Assembly: GCA_028023455.1 (NCBI GenBank)
Contig: JAQFVV010000004.1
Location: 26,412,001 to 26,476,000, forward strand
Direction of reading: 5' to 3'
Origin: Epiperipatus broadwayi
Lineage: Eukaryota; Animalia; Onychophora
Length of the DNA: 64,000 bases
Part shown: positions 26,897 through 41,854 of the stretch, piece by piece
Position numbering within the stretch: position 1 is the stretch's first letter
How the letters are laid out: every line of letters begins with the position of its first letter
Notes under the pieces: model-generated
The model's database searches: none
What the model saw: only the letters and a program-made list of their open reading frames with translations
What the model was told of the DNA's origin: nothing
Position numbers and translations under genes: made by a program

Positions 26897-27180
26897 TGTG
26901 TAGCTCTGCACACCCAAAACATTAAGACACCAGACACAAGTTTAAATTTTAAAAACAACAAATATTTATTAACAACTATATAAAAGAAAAGAAAACTACA
27001 ATTATCCCTGTACAGTTTAAATTATTTACAATGGGGATCTACACTGGCTACAATTACGGACTTAAATAAACTAACTGAAACGAATACATAGCTTGTCCCA
27101 GTAATAAATTTTATTATAAATAGTTTTGGGACTAATTACTATTTTACGTACTAAGTAACTTATAGTTCTTTTGTCTCACA
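26897..27180 (-). repeat. Possible solo LTR (284 bp)
   Basis: TG...CA termini (tgtgtagc / gtctcaca). On the minus strand an AATAAA precedes a GT-rich U5-like end. Flanking 4-mers match only partly (atat/atgc). Confidence 0.4.
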
Positions 27181-30100
27181 ATGCATCTTCAAATACTTAT
27201 TTGGTTATATTTGAAGTGGTGCTTCAGTAATATTATATAAAATACCATTATTGCTAACCATATTAATTAGCTTAAAACCCATAAAACTTAATGTACAATT
27301 TATTCAGTTTATTAAGACATTTATATTTACGAAATACGAAGGTTATGATATTTAAAAAATTTGTACCTTAAATGCAATAAAAATTACTTCAACTTTCTAC
27401 TTTTTAAGTTTATACACATTTAGCTAACTATTATTCCCATAACTTAGTATTCAAAGTCCATCTAATAATTATGTAATGTGTTTTAATAACTATATTAATG
27501 CACACATACATGTATTCATTGCTACTGCACAATATAAATCCATTACTCCTTTCTTACCAGTCCAGCGATGACTTGATTCTGCATAAACTGGGTATGATGC
27601 TACTGCTTGCCTGAATTCAAATTTATGAACATAAATTTAGAATAGAGATCGGTTCTCACACAAGCTAGAGCAAAGCTTAGCTACACAGTACATCAATTTA
27701 TGAATATGATATATTTAGTCCCTAAACAAGTAACTACTTTTCACTAGTATGCAATGACCTCACAAGCAATAAACATGAAATTATCATACACTCCTGGGTA
27801 ATAATAAAAAGGATGCTTTCATAAGAGAGAATAAGAATAATAATAACTCCTTGGTGCTAGCATAGATCTAAGAATTTGCCTTCTTCTGAGGCTAAAGTAT
27901 GTGAGGAACTCATTGCTGCACATATATAAAAGGCATGCTAAGAACACTGCAAACTACAACCATAAATATTTTCCCTACAGAAGCAATAAAAAATATTGGA
28001 GCTAAGATCATGTCCTTGATCTTCTAAAATACTTTCAAATAAAATTATTTATCGTGAAAGAGTTATGCTCCATCTTCATCTCTTGAGGTGGTAAAACTAT
28101 TCTCACCTCAACAAACAAAGGTCATTTGCACTCTCACATAGCATAAAAATGTATATTATATTATTGATGCATGAACTGATTAGTCTAATACAACTATGAA
28201 AAAGTTTACTTAAAAATAATTCTCTAGGTTAAGAAATAGGCATCATTTCATTTAAATATGCATTTTAAATAACTCTCATACTTACGAGCATAGCAATAAA
28301 ATACGAAATATGAAAATTGAATAAACTTGAAAGTATTAATTTAAATTATTATCTTGTAAATCCTTTCATACATCATACTCCCCTAGCATGAGTAATACAG
28401 AAAAATAAAATACACAGGCTTAAGCAATTTTATAGTAAACCAAATTATTTGTAAACTTTTAAGTTAGATTGAATATGGGGTCAAAACTTTTTTCAATGTT
28501 TAACTCTTAACTAATATATTAACAAACACATTACAATGCAATAATAAAAATATAATAATAATAAAAATTTTACATATTGTCTCTTTCTTGGTACACTGGG
28601 GATGCTGGCAATTATCCACCCATAAAGTGTAAACTGTCTGAAGAAAAGACATATATCATTTTAAATGGGAAAAATAAGTAAAATGCATGCATAGCCATGG
28701 TAGAATATCATTGAAGCTATCCAAAATATTAATGTTTATTTGGTGCAACAACGAAGTTAAAACACATTTTATCTCGTAGCTACTTTAAGATCTGGATTTC
28801 CACAATATATATAGCACAGTAATTCATACATTAACATATTACTTCTTTCCTAAGGGATTTTCCGATATGAATTCAATTTTCATTATTTAAGCAGTACGTT
28901 ATTCTTTGGATTTGATTTTCATTATTTCAAGATCACATTTATCCTGGATGCTTATAATAATATTTTAAATTTCGTTGTATAAAATTCCTGCACAATTTAT
29001 TCCATTGAAAATATTTCATAAGATCAGATGCTCACTATATTTAGCTAGTAATACTTTAAATAACTTTTTGTTTAGACTTTTTTTTCCATCATATTTATTA
29101 AAAAGAATTGTTTTGACTATAATTTCCAAATTTTATATTATAATTATTCTCTCATAAGAACTCAAAAGTTTACTCGGAGAATCATAATTGCAGTAACCTG
29201 TAAGTTATTTTTTAAACTATATTATGTCTTGAATTAAATATAAAGTAAAGATAAAACTGGGATTTATTATTACTCTTTCAGCTTTTTATTCTTTATTTTG
29301 TAATCCATTTATTCCAGTATTAAAAATTAAATATTTGAAATAGTATAAAATATTACAAAAGTTTGTATTAAAATTAAATATTCAAATATTAAAAATGACT
29401 TATTCCAATTAAGCTTAAGATTAATAAAAGTTTGTAGTACAATGATCCATCAAAATTTACTTATTAAATTGTTTAATAAAAGACAAGTGACAATACAAGT
29501 TTGTGCCTGAGATATTCTCAGATATGTGGATCGAAGCTTCCGAATTGGACGCGTTGATTTTAGCATGGTGTGTTGATTCCTTGTAGATTGATAAAATTTT
29601 GGCACCAACTGACTTAATAAAGGAGATAAGTGTGCCTATGAACTTTCGAGTGCTCCATTAGTAAGATATACAATATATACTTTTTAAATAAAACTAATAA
29701 CTTTAGTAAGACAATAGATTGAAATGGAATTTTATGCATGCTCAGTGACACAAATTTTTTATAGAAGACCCCTAATTCAAATATGAGTTTAGTTTTTATT
29801 AAATCTATCCGTCATTCATTCTTCTGATCTAACTGTTTACCTTTAACCCCTAATATTAATTTTTAATTGTTTTATTCAATTTTTGTCTGGAGCGTATTTA
29901 TGCACAAACCGCTCTTCCCACATGTGTTTGAGAGATATTCCCTGCTCTGAACAACAACAACAAAAACGTAAAAAGAAAATGGTGGAAATTTTTATAAAAA
30001 ATTATTTCAATAAAAATGAATAGACTAAATTTTGTTTAAAGATTTATGAATGAAAAGCATTATGGATTTCTTGATTACCCATATAAAATAATAACCCTCT

Positions 30101-30527
30101 CAAGACACTATCGAAGATTGTACTGTATAATGTATAAGACCTTTAGATTATCTGTATAATTAAAATTATATACACCATACCCACATACATGCACACATGT
30201 ATAAATACTAATTACTAACAGTGTACTTATTGTTGCTTTAATTAACAGTAAATTGACTTTATTATCTTTTAGAAATTTAAAGAGCTATCTTTCCATATAA
30301 CTAAATATTAATCAATCGCTAGAATTAGCAAATTAAAATTTTATTCATGAAATCAACTTTCATTTTTAAAATATCATTAATTCAATTTTATTTTTATTAG
30401 GTTCTTAATTAACTGTTTCAAAGTTTTATAATGCGAGCAAGACAATCATCCCCCTTCCCTCTCTATATTTATACATCATACTTTTGAAAAAGTATAAACA
30501 TACTTTTATTTATACATTATAGCAGCC

Positions 30528-30853
30528 CAGTGGTCCCCAACCTTTTTGCACTTAAGAGCACATTCTATAATACTGGCCAGGTGGCAGGCACCATTAATTT
30601 TTTCAATGTAAATTTATAGTTGGATATTGTTAATAATACACATAATGTACAAAAAAACATTTACTTCAAATATAAAATTTTAACATTTGATTACAATATA
30701 ATAAATACAATAATTTATAAGAAATTTTAAAAATTAATTTAAATTTATTTGTATCAAATAAATATTTTTTTATCATCTTCGGATAGTGGCAGGCACCCGT
30801 AAAATGGTCTGCGGGTGCCATGGTGCCCGCAGGCATAGGGTTGGGGACCCCTG
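30528..30853. mobile_element. hAT (Charlie-like) MITE
   Basis: TIRs cagtggtccccaacc / ggttggggacccctg and an internal repeated gtggcaggcacc motif (30580, 30786). TSD not clean. Confidence 0.75.
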
Positions 30854-30950
30854 TGTTATAAATTCGGAATTTACGATGTTTTTACTCTTAAAACAAAATA
30901 CCAACTTTTATTTAGTTTAACATTTTGATTAAAAAATGTTCTTAGATCAT

Positions 30951-31143
30951 AAATTTATTTAAATGCACATTGATTATGTAAGTAATATTTATTAAAGCTG
31001 TAACCTCAAGAATGTGCACGTAAAAATGTGGGTTCCCTTCTTTTCTTGCAAAACATAAGCTTGTGGTGAAGACTTGTAGAGGTCCCTACTATCGCATTTT
31101 TATGCGCAAATTCTTGAGGTTACAGCCTTAGTAAATATTTCTT
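30951..31143. mobile_element. Palindromic MITE-like element (same family as 11954)
   Basis: aatatttattaaagctgtaacctcaagaat ... attcttgaggttacagccttagtaaatatt inverted arms with a central cataagcttgtgg. Confidence 0.8.
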
Positions 31144-34100
31144 AGATCATATAAAACTAATGTTATACTGAATTTATCCCATGTTAGTTTCTCCATGACA
31201 GAAACTAAGGGTTACAATATGAAACAAGTAAGTAAGATTAAATAACTTATTTAGGGAAGATGTGCATATTGAATATGATGATGTATATAATAAGATTACA
31301 ATTTATTTCTGGATTTATTTGATATATTTTTTAAAATGATGAATGAATTTTGTTGAGAAAACAGTGAATTAATAGAAAGAGAGAGAGAGAAAAAATAATT
31401 GTTTTTTAAAAAATTTATAAGGTAATTTTAGGTAAAACTTATTTTGATTTCTATATTTTCAGGTACTGAAACAATACTTGCAAAAAAAAATTAAACATTA
31501 TCAAAAGAAATATTTTGAACAAATTTGGAACAAAAATTGGTTAAAACTATGAGAAAATATCACAGAATAAATATTAAATATGCTAATTAAAAAAAAAAAA
31601 ACCTTTGTTTAAGATATTGGATTTTTAAATATTCTAAAATTTTAAGAATACACCATAATAATTATAATGGCATAATGGTTTTTAATAAAAGAGCAAGACC
31701 TGTGAGCCCACTTTCATAATAAATAGAAGCATGACTCTTAAAATGAAAAAGAAATGTTTAAGATGTAAATTTAAAATAAATTAAATGATATATGGTTAGG
31801 AATGGTGATGTGTATATAAAAAGATATTTAATTGAACAAATTATTGAAAATTCATGGTCATTCCTTTTTTTTTTTTAAAAAAAAAATTCTCTCAAATCAT
31901 TGTCAATATTTCTGTGAATTTTTAAAGATCATATGGCCATCAATAAAACTTTTAATAAAACAATTGATTTACTAAATTAATTATAAAATTTGATTCCTTT
32001 TTACTAGTAATTTCTGGAAATCATACGATATGATTAGTTTTTAAATATTATATTTTATACAACAATGAAACATTAGTATTATACATTTTTATTACAATTA
32101 ACAAACAATGTACAAGAAGAAAAATTAATTTTTAAACTCCCATACTCATCTTCACCAATATATAATAAATATTATCACCAATAATATTTTCTATGTTTCT
32201 ATTATTTATTAAAAGACATATTCAATAAAATGAAATCAGAAGGATAAATAAAATTCAACATATTTAATGATACATTTATTTTTAATTATATAAATTATTA
32301 TATCCATACAAGACATGAATGAAACAAAAGCTTCAAATCAGAAACTCTAGTTATAATAATGTTATAGATACAGTATATATATATAGTAAGGAGTTGGCTA
32401 CATAGGTGCATTAAAAATAAGTAGCTAAGTTGGCAGCAAGTTCCTAAGATTTAAGTATAGTATTATTTATTAATGGAGAAAATATTTAATTGTTTCATGC
32501 ATATTTGTTTATAATGGGTCTTCAGTTGGTTAAATATTTTATTTTTCTTTCCACATGATAGTAGGATCATTCTAGACATTTTTAAAAATAATTCTCAAAC
32601 CTTTTTTTTTAAAATTATAATATGCACATTTTAATACATATTGTAAATTGTAATTGTTAGTAGAAGATAGAGAAGAGTATAAAATCAAATAAATAATATC
32701 TTTTGTACTCTCGCTTTAATAATTTTATTTAATTACCAGTTGCTTTTTTTAAAAAAAAAAAAAAAACATGCTAAGAAAAATAATTTTCTCTGTTTTTTTA
32801 AAAAATTATTTAATAGACATTAATTTTAACCTTAAAAGAGTAATAATGTTTTATGTTCAAGAATATTTTCTAAAAGTAAAAACAAAATAGGACTTGAATA
32901 TTTTGATTAATTTTATTTTTAATTAATCAGAGTTTTTTGTCTTTATCTCTCTTCAATGAAAAAAAAAAAAAAAATCAAATCAATAAAATTAACTGAGTAT
33001 CTTGTTTTCCTTTTTTGCAAAAAAAAATTTTTAATTAAAAAGAAGTGCCAAGAATTTTATGATATTAATTTAAGTTCTTGACTTGTTTTTCAATATCTAT
33101 AATTAAGAAGGAAAATGGTTTAGCAATTGTATTTATAAAAATTCATTTAATTGGTTGGTATAAAATGATCCTGTAAGAGACAGATTGCAATTGGCTTGTA
33201 AACAAGATTAATCTAGAAAAAAATTATGGGGGTATGAAGTCAGATGACTTAAGTGTCTGGTAAGAAGAATTATCCCTTATCTAGTGGTTGATGAAAATAC
33301 TGAAGTCTTAATCCAGTTGCTGAAAAAGTTAGGAGAAATTATTCCTAACTTAGCGGTTGAAGAGAGAGCTGCCAAGAAACAGAAGTTTTAATTAAACTAT
33401 TGCATAGTATAACAATTTTTAAACAACTTTTAGCATTTGATGTGTTTAGCCATAAAAATGATTTGTACAATGAAATTCAGCTAAAAGCTAGACATCATCT
33501 TCCTCCATGTAACTGGCCTTCATTGGAATAAAAATATATAGAGAAGAAATTATCTTTAAAATAATTTGCAAACCATGTTTGCAAACAAGAACATGGGTCT
33601 TTGGCTGTGTTAGTCTCATCTGCAAAATGTAATAAGAGAAAATAGATAAAATTTTGCTATTGTTAACCTGGAAATCAAATACTGCACACTAGAAAAAGGA
33701 CAAATTAATCATGCTCATGTGTAGAAGCCTTCAAAAAGAAAACTAAATTGGAAAAACTAAAAATTATAATTGGAAAGGACTCCACAGAAAAAAATAAAAC
33801 CACAATTAAAGGTATTTTTTGTGTGTGCACCCTGTATTTTTATTAATAATAAAAAAATATTTTTATACATAAAAGTAGCAATTTTTTGTAAGAATTGATA
33901 ATTTTAAATAGTTTCATTAAGTTAATGTTTTCAAATTGTGAAACATTTTTTTTAACTTAAGTTTTTTTGTGTGAAACATTATTTTTCATTTCTAAAAACG
34001 TAACAAGAAGTTAATTAAACTAAATCAAAGATTGCACCTTTGATTTTGAAAATGTTTTTCCAATTCTTTCTTATTTTAAAGAAATAACTTAATTAATTAA

Positions 34101-37100
34101 AAGTTAATTTATAAATAGAAATCAACTGATTTTATTATAATGTTTAAGAAAATATATTTTTTGATAAAGTGAATGTTTAAAATTCTCATATTATTGTGCC
34201 ATTTTTGTTTATTGTTAGTCAATTAATTATTAAATAATTGTTTAAAAATATTTTTAGTCTTAATTTCTTTATTCTATACAATTAATATTTCATAAATTGC
34301 AGTGTGTGTGATTTTATTTCATGACAGCTTAATGTTCTAGTATTTTTTAACAGACCCCAACAAAACTATCTACTTATAATAGGGTAAACCTAGAAATTGT
34401 TTAAAGTGATTTACAATAAGCTTCTTTCTTTAATTAATTGTTTTGTTTACAATAATAATTTATACAGTTATTGATTCCAGAGGTAGATTTGTGCATAACA
34501 GATAGTTATGGAATAGGGTTTATGTTTTTATGGATATCCAGGTAATGAAAGAGAATATTCTTTAAAGTCCATGCATTATATCTCATTATTCATTATTTCT
34601 TTAAAAATTTAGATTATAGTTGGACTACATTAATAATACTAAGTGGTCAGAACATTGATGTGGGTCAGAATGTTTTTAGTATCTCAGCATTATTTGACTT
34701 ATTGTTGTAGTTTGATGAAGTAGCACCTAAGTATGGATATCCAGATTATTATTGTTTGTATTCCGGACCTAGGTTTGGCAGTGGCTAAATAATTAACATG
34801 GTCTATAGTGGAACACTTTCAAATCCAGTAACAAGATTGATTGTTGATTTATTTTTGTTGTTAATTATTCATAATGATAAATGATTATTACTTTTGTATA
34901 ATGCTGGTGTACTTATAGTTAGTTCTGTGCTGATCTCTCATGCTCATTCCTTTTATATTTAATTTTATATTTTGTTTATTTGGGAATGATGATGGTTTAC
35001 CATCTTCTCATAATTCAGTCCTAATCTGGTGTATAGTTACAATTGTCAACCAACTCTTATAAATGGCTACCCAATTGTGGAGCATTGTTATTTCAGTTTC
35101 TCTTTTATTAACCCCTACTTCTATGAACTATTACAATATATATATATTTCAAAATCAGAGAATGATTGCTCAATCATATAATTTTGAATTATATATTTAA
35201 ATTGAGTTATGATAATAATATTAAATTCATTATTCAAAATAGATTTTGTAATTTGTTTAATTAATGAGAAAGACTTTTTTCTAATACTCAGTTTTTAGAA
35301 GTATAAATTGAATATTACATTTTAGCTTTTTAAAAAAAATAGACAAATTTTGCCTAATGAAAAACTAAGTATTACATAAAGCTACTTATTAAATATATTA
35401 TAAATATTCTAATATGAAATATTCAGAATTTATACAATTCAATGCTTCTTCCTCCAGCAAAGGGGATCTACTGAAATGGCAAAGTTCATGCATGGACAAT
35501 CTGTAGATTTTAAAAGACATTTGAATTGAGCCAATTTTATTTTCTTAAAAGAGTTTTCATTCTAAAGTAATGGTTTTTCTTTTAACTGTGCAAAGAATGA
35601 AAATTCTCACTACTAAAATACAGATAGCTTTACTTTCTCCAAAAATTAAACAAAGGAGTATATTGTTTACAGATGTATGCATTTTTTAGTTTCAATAATT
35701 TTACACATTTAGAAAAGAATTATAATTTAATAAATAAATAAAGTATATGATCAGTTGTTTGAGAGGTTATATGATGTTTCAGCTTCAAAGTAATAGTTTT
35801 ATCTAAATAATATATTTTTTATCTCAGATGGAATTGATTCAAACAGAGCTATCATTTAGCTCTCCTATTATCATCAGTAAGGTAAATTGGCATGGCAATA
35901 TTTAGTATACTAAAATATAGTTTTGATTAAATTCATACCTATTTTATATCAGTATATTAAAACACAATTATAGGAATATTCATCTACAATTGTTTGTAAT
36001 GCATACAATGGCAGAAATGATTAAGAAAACATTAATTAACAATTCAGTCACTTTTTTAAATCTTATACTGAATTAGTCAATAAAATTAAAGCTTTTTATT
36101 TTTAAAAGTTTTAAAAAGAGCTTCCATATTTGATTTCATACATGGAATATATTTTCATAACAAGGTAATAAAGTATTCCAATGTTTTGTTTATTTGTTTT
36201 TTAATCAATAACTAAAATAATATAAAGTATATGTGTAGTCTATATAAATATTTTGATATGTAATCATACAATCATACTATATTTTTGATATGTCTCACAT
36301 TTTTATACTACTTTTTCTCCAGTAACATTTATATCTTACACCTCAAAAATAACAAAATTTTATGAATATTTACAAAGTATTCTTATGAGAATAACAGTTT
36401 TGTTTATGGAGCTACAACTTGAGTGATAAAGCATCAATAAGAAGTGATGACCAGGTTAAGAAGTGCTATTGGTAACAAACAATGGCAAATTATCACTGTC
36501 GATAATCAAGTAATATTGCCTAGTCATTCTATCTGCCATGAGAACATACACACACATATTCTTTATGATTTAAGAAGTATAGATTAAATTTAATTATTTT
36601 TGTTAATTTATCTTCATTGAATTTTAATTAAAGATACAAATGTCAAGAAGTGATGGTCAGCAATTTAAAATGAACTTATAAATGAATAAATGTAAAATCG
36701 AGTTTGAAAAGCAAAGTTTTCATAGGTTTAGAAAGATGAATTTTTAAAGTTAGCATCACAATAAATTCTTTTTAAAAATAAAATTAGAAAATTAATTGGA
36801 TTGTCCATATTGTGAAATAATATATTTAAATAATACTTAAAAATTTAAAATAATATTTTAAAAAATTAAATTTAAAAAAAATTAAAATTATAGAATTACT
36901 GCAAAGAATATAAGACCTGAATTTTAGCTTGAACTACTAATGAGTCAGTTGAAGTTGTGTTATTTTAGCCATATGGTTTGGAAGGATTCTGTTGAATAGA
37001 AAGACTTTAATGAGATCCATTACCACAATAGTCAAAGTGTTCTTAAGCAATATAAAAATCCAATTTATAGATATGATATTTATATGACTACCAGAGGTCA

Positions 37101-38399
37101 ATATCTAGTTAAGGAATCTAATAATTATTCTTATAGATGGTTATTGATTTTTTTTTAAAAAAAGAATAAATTTCAATCAATAAATCTATTTTATACAAAA
37201 GATCCTTTTATAATTATTAAAATCCAAAATATATAATAATGAAAACTCATACTTTACAAATTGAAACTTAATCAGGAAATCTTTTAAGACACAATCCTGT
37301 ATTAATTGATTTTAAAAGGTATAATAAATTATGATTATATTTTTAATCTTCTTAAAATCTCTGCAATAACATACACATCACCACACACATGAAAAAATAC
37401 ATCATTCCCAATACATATATTTTGTGCAGAACTAGCATTCATCAATTGGGATAGATCATAATCTCTCACACATATATATACAAACAGACTTTGATTTATA
37501 TTAAGATATCAATTCCTTAAACTTTAATAGACAATTTTCAATCTTCTCACCCTTTCAATACTTAACTATCCATTTCATTGCAAAATCAACATGGAATGTT
37601 CAACATTTTTGTGTTAAAACAGAATTTTGAGAGATTTGCATATAAATGAAATAAAAATAACTTAAGTTAAATTTTAAAAGAAACTTTTTTATATTAAAAA
37701 TACAACTATTTCACAATAATCAGCAACCTAAATTAAGTTCAAAGCAATTAATTAGTTTCCTCTTGGATTTAAACAAAAATAGGAATATAGCATAATGGTG
37801 TTTGAACTACTTATAATGTAAATAGGTTTTTGTTTAGCTAAATCATTATGTAATCCATTGGCGTAAATACTTTCATAAAATTTATAATTGTTATTTGCAA
37901 ACTTTACTAAAGGCAAATTCTGTTTGGGTAAATAAAATAATGCAGTAAAATTCAAACATTTACTTGCATTGTGTCATTATTTAACTATAAGTGAAACAGC
38001 TTGCTAATAGCTGAAAGTTAATCTACAATCTTTTTCAAACCATAACCTGACTTTGGAAAAAGAATTTAACTATTTACAATATAATAATTTTTTATTGTCT
38101 TTTTACCTTTTAGTAGAATGTATAAAAAAGGATGTAAATTTGATTGTTTCTTTATTATAAGAAAGTTGTGATTTCTTTAATATGAGAAAGACATTGATTG
38201 TATATACAGAGTATTTCTTTAACATATGAAAACCAGGAGTTGTTTAATATAAGACATGTGTTTAATACTGCATTTGTGGAAAGATAAATGATATATTATA
38301 ATAATAGTAAAAGATAAAGTAATAGAAATGCCAAGCTCGATTAACCATATATTTTCACCCTTTAGCTAATAATATCTATTACTTTTTTTTTTTTTTTTA

Positions 38400-38900
38400 T
38401 AAATATCCTCATATACACTTAAATGCAATTTTTATATAATTCCTCATTTATTTTTCTAATAGTTTCAACTATCCTTCAGTCTTCATCAGACCCTTACTGT
38501 TTTTACATTTTTCTTCATATATTCATATATATATATAATTTTTTTTATAAACCTCATTTACACTTTAATGCAATTTTTATATAATTCCTCCTTTATTTTT
38601 CTAATTATTTCAAATGTGCTGCAGACTTCATCAGATTTAAATTTTTTTGCATTTTTCTTCATATATATATATTGCTTTTTATAAATCTGTTCATATTTAT
38701 ATAATTTCTCCTTTATTTTTCTAACAGGTTCCACTTCCCTGCATATTGGAGATCATGTATTTTTTTTCATATGTATGTGCAAAATAAGTAAAGAACTGAT
38801 GAAGACTGCAGGACAGTTGAAACTGTTAGAAAAATAAAGGAGGATTTATATAAAAATTGCATTAAAGTATATATGAGAAGATTTATTTTAAAAAAAGTAA
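38400..38900. repeat. ~145-bp tandem units (three on minus) plus one inverted unit, each with a hammerhead-like core
   Basis: catcag at 38484 and 38629 (period 145), a third decayed unit from ~38680, and a plus-strand copy ctgatgaagactgcaggacagttgaaactgttag at 38796-38829. Confidence 0.7.
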
Positions 38901-39074
38901 TATGTATAAAGAAAAATACAAAAAAAGTAAAGGAGAAGATATAAGAATAATAACACTTCTAATAATATTTATATATTAATTAACCTACAAATCTAATATA
39001 GCTTTGGAGAGATGGATCTTTGATAACTATCTTGGTAAACTGGGAGCTGACTATCTAAAAAAAAAAACTAAACA

Positions 39075-39175
39075 TACTTTTATCCAGAAAATAATCCATG
39101 TTTTACCAGCTCAAATTCAAAGTCCAGATCAAGGTCATGGCAGATAGATTCACTAATCACTATGCCATGAAGCTT
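39075..39175 (-). mobile_element. Possible decayed tRNA-derived SINE head
   Basis: Minus strand shows A-box-like tggcatagtgattag and B-box-like ggactttgaattt at tRNA spacing. Confidence 0.35.
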
Positions 39176-41854
39176 GATTACTATTATACCATGAAGCATT
39201 TTAATAATATAGATAGATAATTACAGAACTTATATTATTGTATTTATTAGTAACAGTTTGTCATTTTCTAAGAAATAAACAATTACATGGATGCATGCAG
39301 AAACTAGTTTTTTATCAGTGAAATTGTTAAGAAAAATAAGTTTACTTATCTTTGACAGTGGTAAAAGTTTTGAAGCTAAAAACAGAATCATTAAAATGCT
39401 TTTTATCATTATTAATAATAGCTTCCATATATTATAAAAGCCATGATGGATAACAAACTATCATTCTACTTTTTATTGTTATATTTAATTATTGACATTT
39501 AATAAAGAGTGCCTAATTGATTATTTGAAAATACTGAAAGAATATTCAGAAACAGTTGTAATTTTTTTTGAAAAAATAAAAAGACTAGAGAAACAGTTAA
39601 GTTGTAAAATTTAATCATACAATATTAATTTTAAAAATATGTAAAAAGATCATTTATAATGATGATGATAATAGTAATAAACAACAACTAAGTAAAAAAT
39701 AACTGGTATTAATGAAGTTTTACAACTTTCCGTTGATCATTTCAAAAATGTTAGTAGAAAGATCAAATTAAAATAAACTGGCTCTATTTTATATTAGTCA
39801 GACTAATCTAAATTATTATGATACTCTTTTAAAGATGGTAATCAATAGTTTTCCTTAATTAAATAGTATGGGAAATCAAGTAAGAAATTAATCAAAAACA
39901 AATCATTCAAACCATCTCAATACACATAGTAAGTTCATACTGTTAAAATTTGATTTAAAATATAAATGTCAGATGTTGGTAGCTTTTAACATCTTGTTAA
40001 ATTTCAGTTTACAGGATTGCATAAGAGAAGAAATATATTTATATTAAGATTTAAAGTTCAGTATATGACTAAAGACATATTAATATGATAACTATTTAAA
40101 ATATTCTGAACAAGATATGGATGTAACCCAACTAAAATTCCAATCAGTGATTTCACATTAGATTAATAATTAAAGGGGTTAAAAAACAAACTTTTTGTTC
40201 TATTCTGAGGTTTAGAATTAAATTTTTGAAAAATTTATCTTTGATAATATATGAATGTGGGTGCCTTATTAAAAATAATAGTTTATGCATAAATTTTCCA
40301 TGATAATGATCTGGAAATTTGAATCTGGACTAGCTAACTTCTAAAATTTTATATCTGATTCCAAGTAAGTTTAATATTTTTTCACATTGATATCTTGATA
40401 TCAAACCCAACTAGCTGTCTAATGATTTATTGATAAATGAATATACAGCTATTCTTAGATAAAATAAAATAAAAACATGAATAGAAAACATAAAACCTCA
40501 CCTCCTATCATTTGACAACCTGGGTAAATATTTTCTCCATTACTGTTTTTCTATAGAGTGATGTTGAATAAATCTCATGGCATGTAGTGAAATATTTAAA
40601 GGCTTATGTATTTTTGTCTTATATGCATACATTTTAAATGTTTACCAACTGATAATTTTCCATATAATATAAGTTCTTACTCAGTAAGAAATATATAATC
40701 AATTAAATTCATCAAACATAAAAACAACAAACATTTTATTCAATTTCTATAAGCAATAGATTAGTAATAATTATTAAAGACAATCATATTATGGCAATAT
40801 CTTGTGTGATCCTTTTGATTTATAAAGAGTCATATAATAATAAATGTTTGAAAGTTGCCATGTGGTATGTATGGGTACAATCAGTATATACCTAGTTGGG
40901 TAAATTTGTAGAAATTGTGCCATTTATTGAATAATTAAAAGTATAATCCATTGGTGAGAAATAATAAAAATATTTTTATAAAAGAAGCATTTGAAATCCA
41001 AGTAAATATCACTGAAATTTTTAAAATGAGTTACTGGATATTATTCTAAATCTGCTGTTATTCTTCATTTACCATCTAAACATCAAAGTAAAGCTAATGA
41101 AACTAAAATCAATAGGGTTATTGGATCTCATATCACATATAAACATATCTGTATTATGAAACATAAAGATTACAGCTTAATATTCTGACTAAATCATTGC
41201 CAGATGCAATCTCAATCATAGTCAGTATCTAAACAAAATTATGTAATGTTACTAAACACATGCTGTATTGTTAAAGAACCTAGCTAACATTCTTCAAGCT
41301 AAGCAATATTTGGCAAGAAAAAAAAAGACTTCTAGAATTTTATACAAAAATGTCAGTTGTTACCATTAATGCTCACATCCATATATGTCAGTTTGTATCT
41401 CATTTATTTAACTAAAAATGAATATACTTATATTTCATTTGACTGTTATTTTTTTTTAATAACTTCTAGACTTAATGCAAAAGTATTTATTTTTCTAATA
41501 TGCAATTGTAATGTGCATTTATTATAAGAACAAAGAAACTATATGTTGACCAACATCATATTTCTGGTAAACATATTGAACTATATACAAAGTTAGCAAA
41601 TATGTAACCTGTCTTTGTAGATATTTTACAATAAAATCATCAAACTCTTTTCAGCAATGAAACTTAAATAAATTTTTATCATTTCAAATGCTTTTATATT
41701 GAATTTTTTAAAAGAAGCAATTAGCAAAAAGTGCCAGAAACTGTATATAAATCTATTTGATAAAGATTATATTACACACAATATCAAACTATTACAGAAT
41801 TGTTTTTGCTTCTTGATTATAAGAGAGTTAAAAAAACTATAGCTTTTTTACCTT

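Noticed and set aside
33240-33390. Imperfect ~68-bp repeat with tgatgaa...gaaa resembling a hammerhead
   Set aside because: Core nucleotides and stems are too degenerate to support a call.
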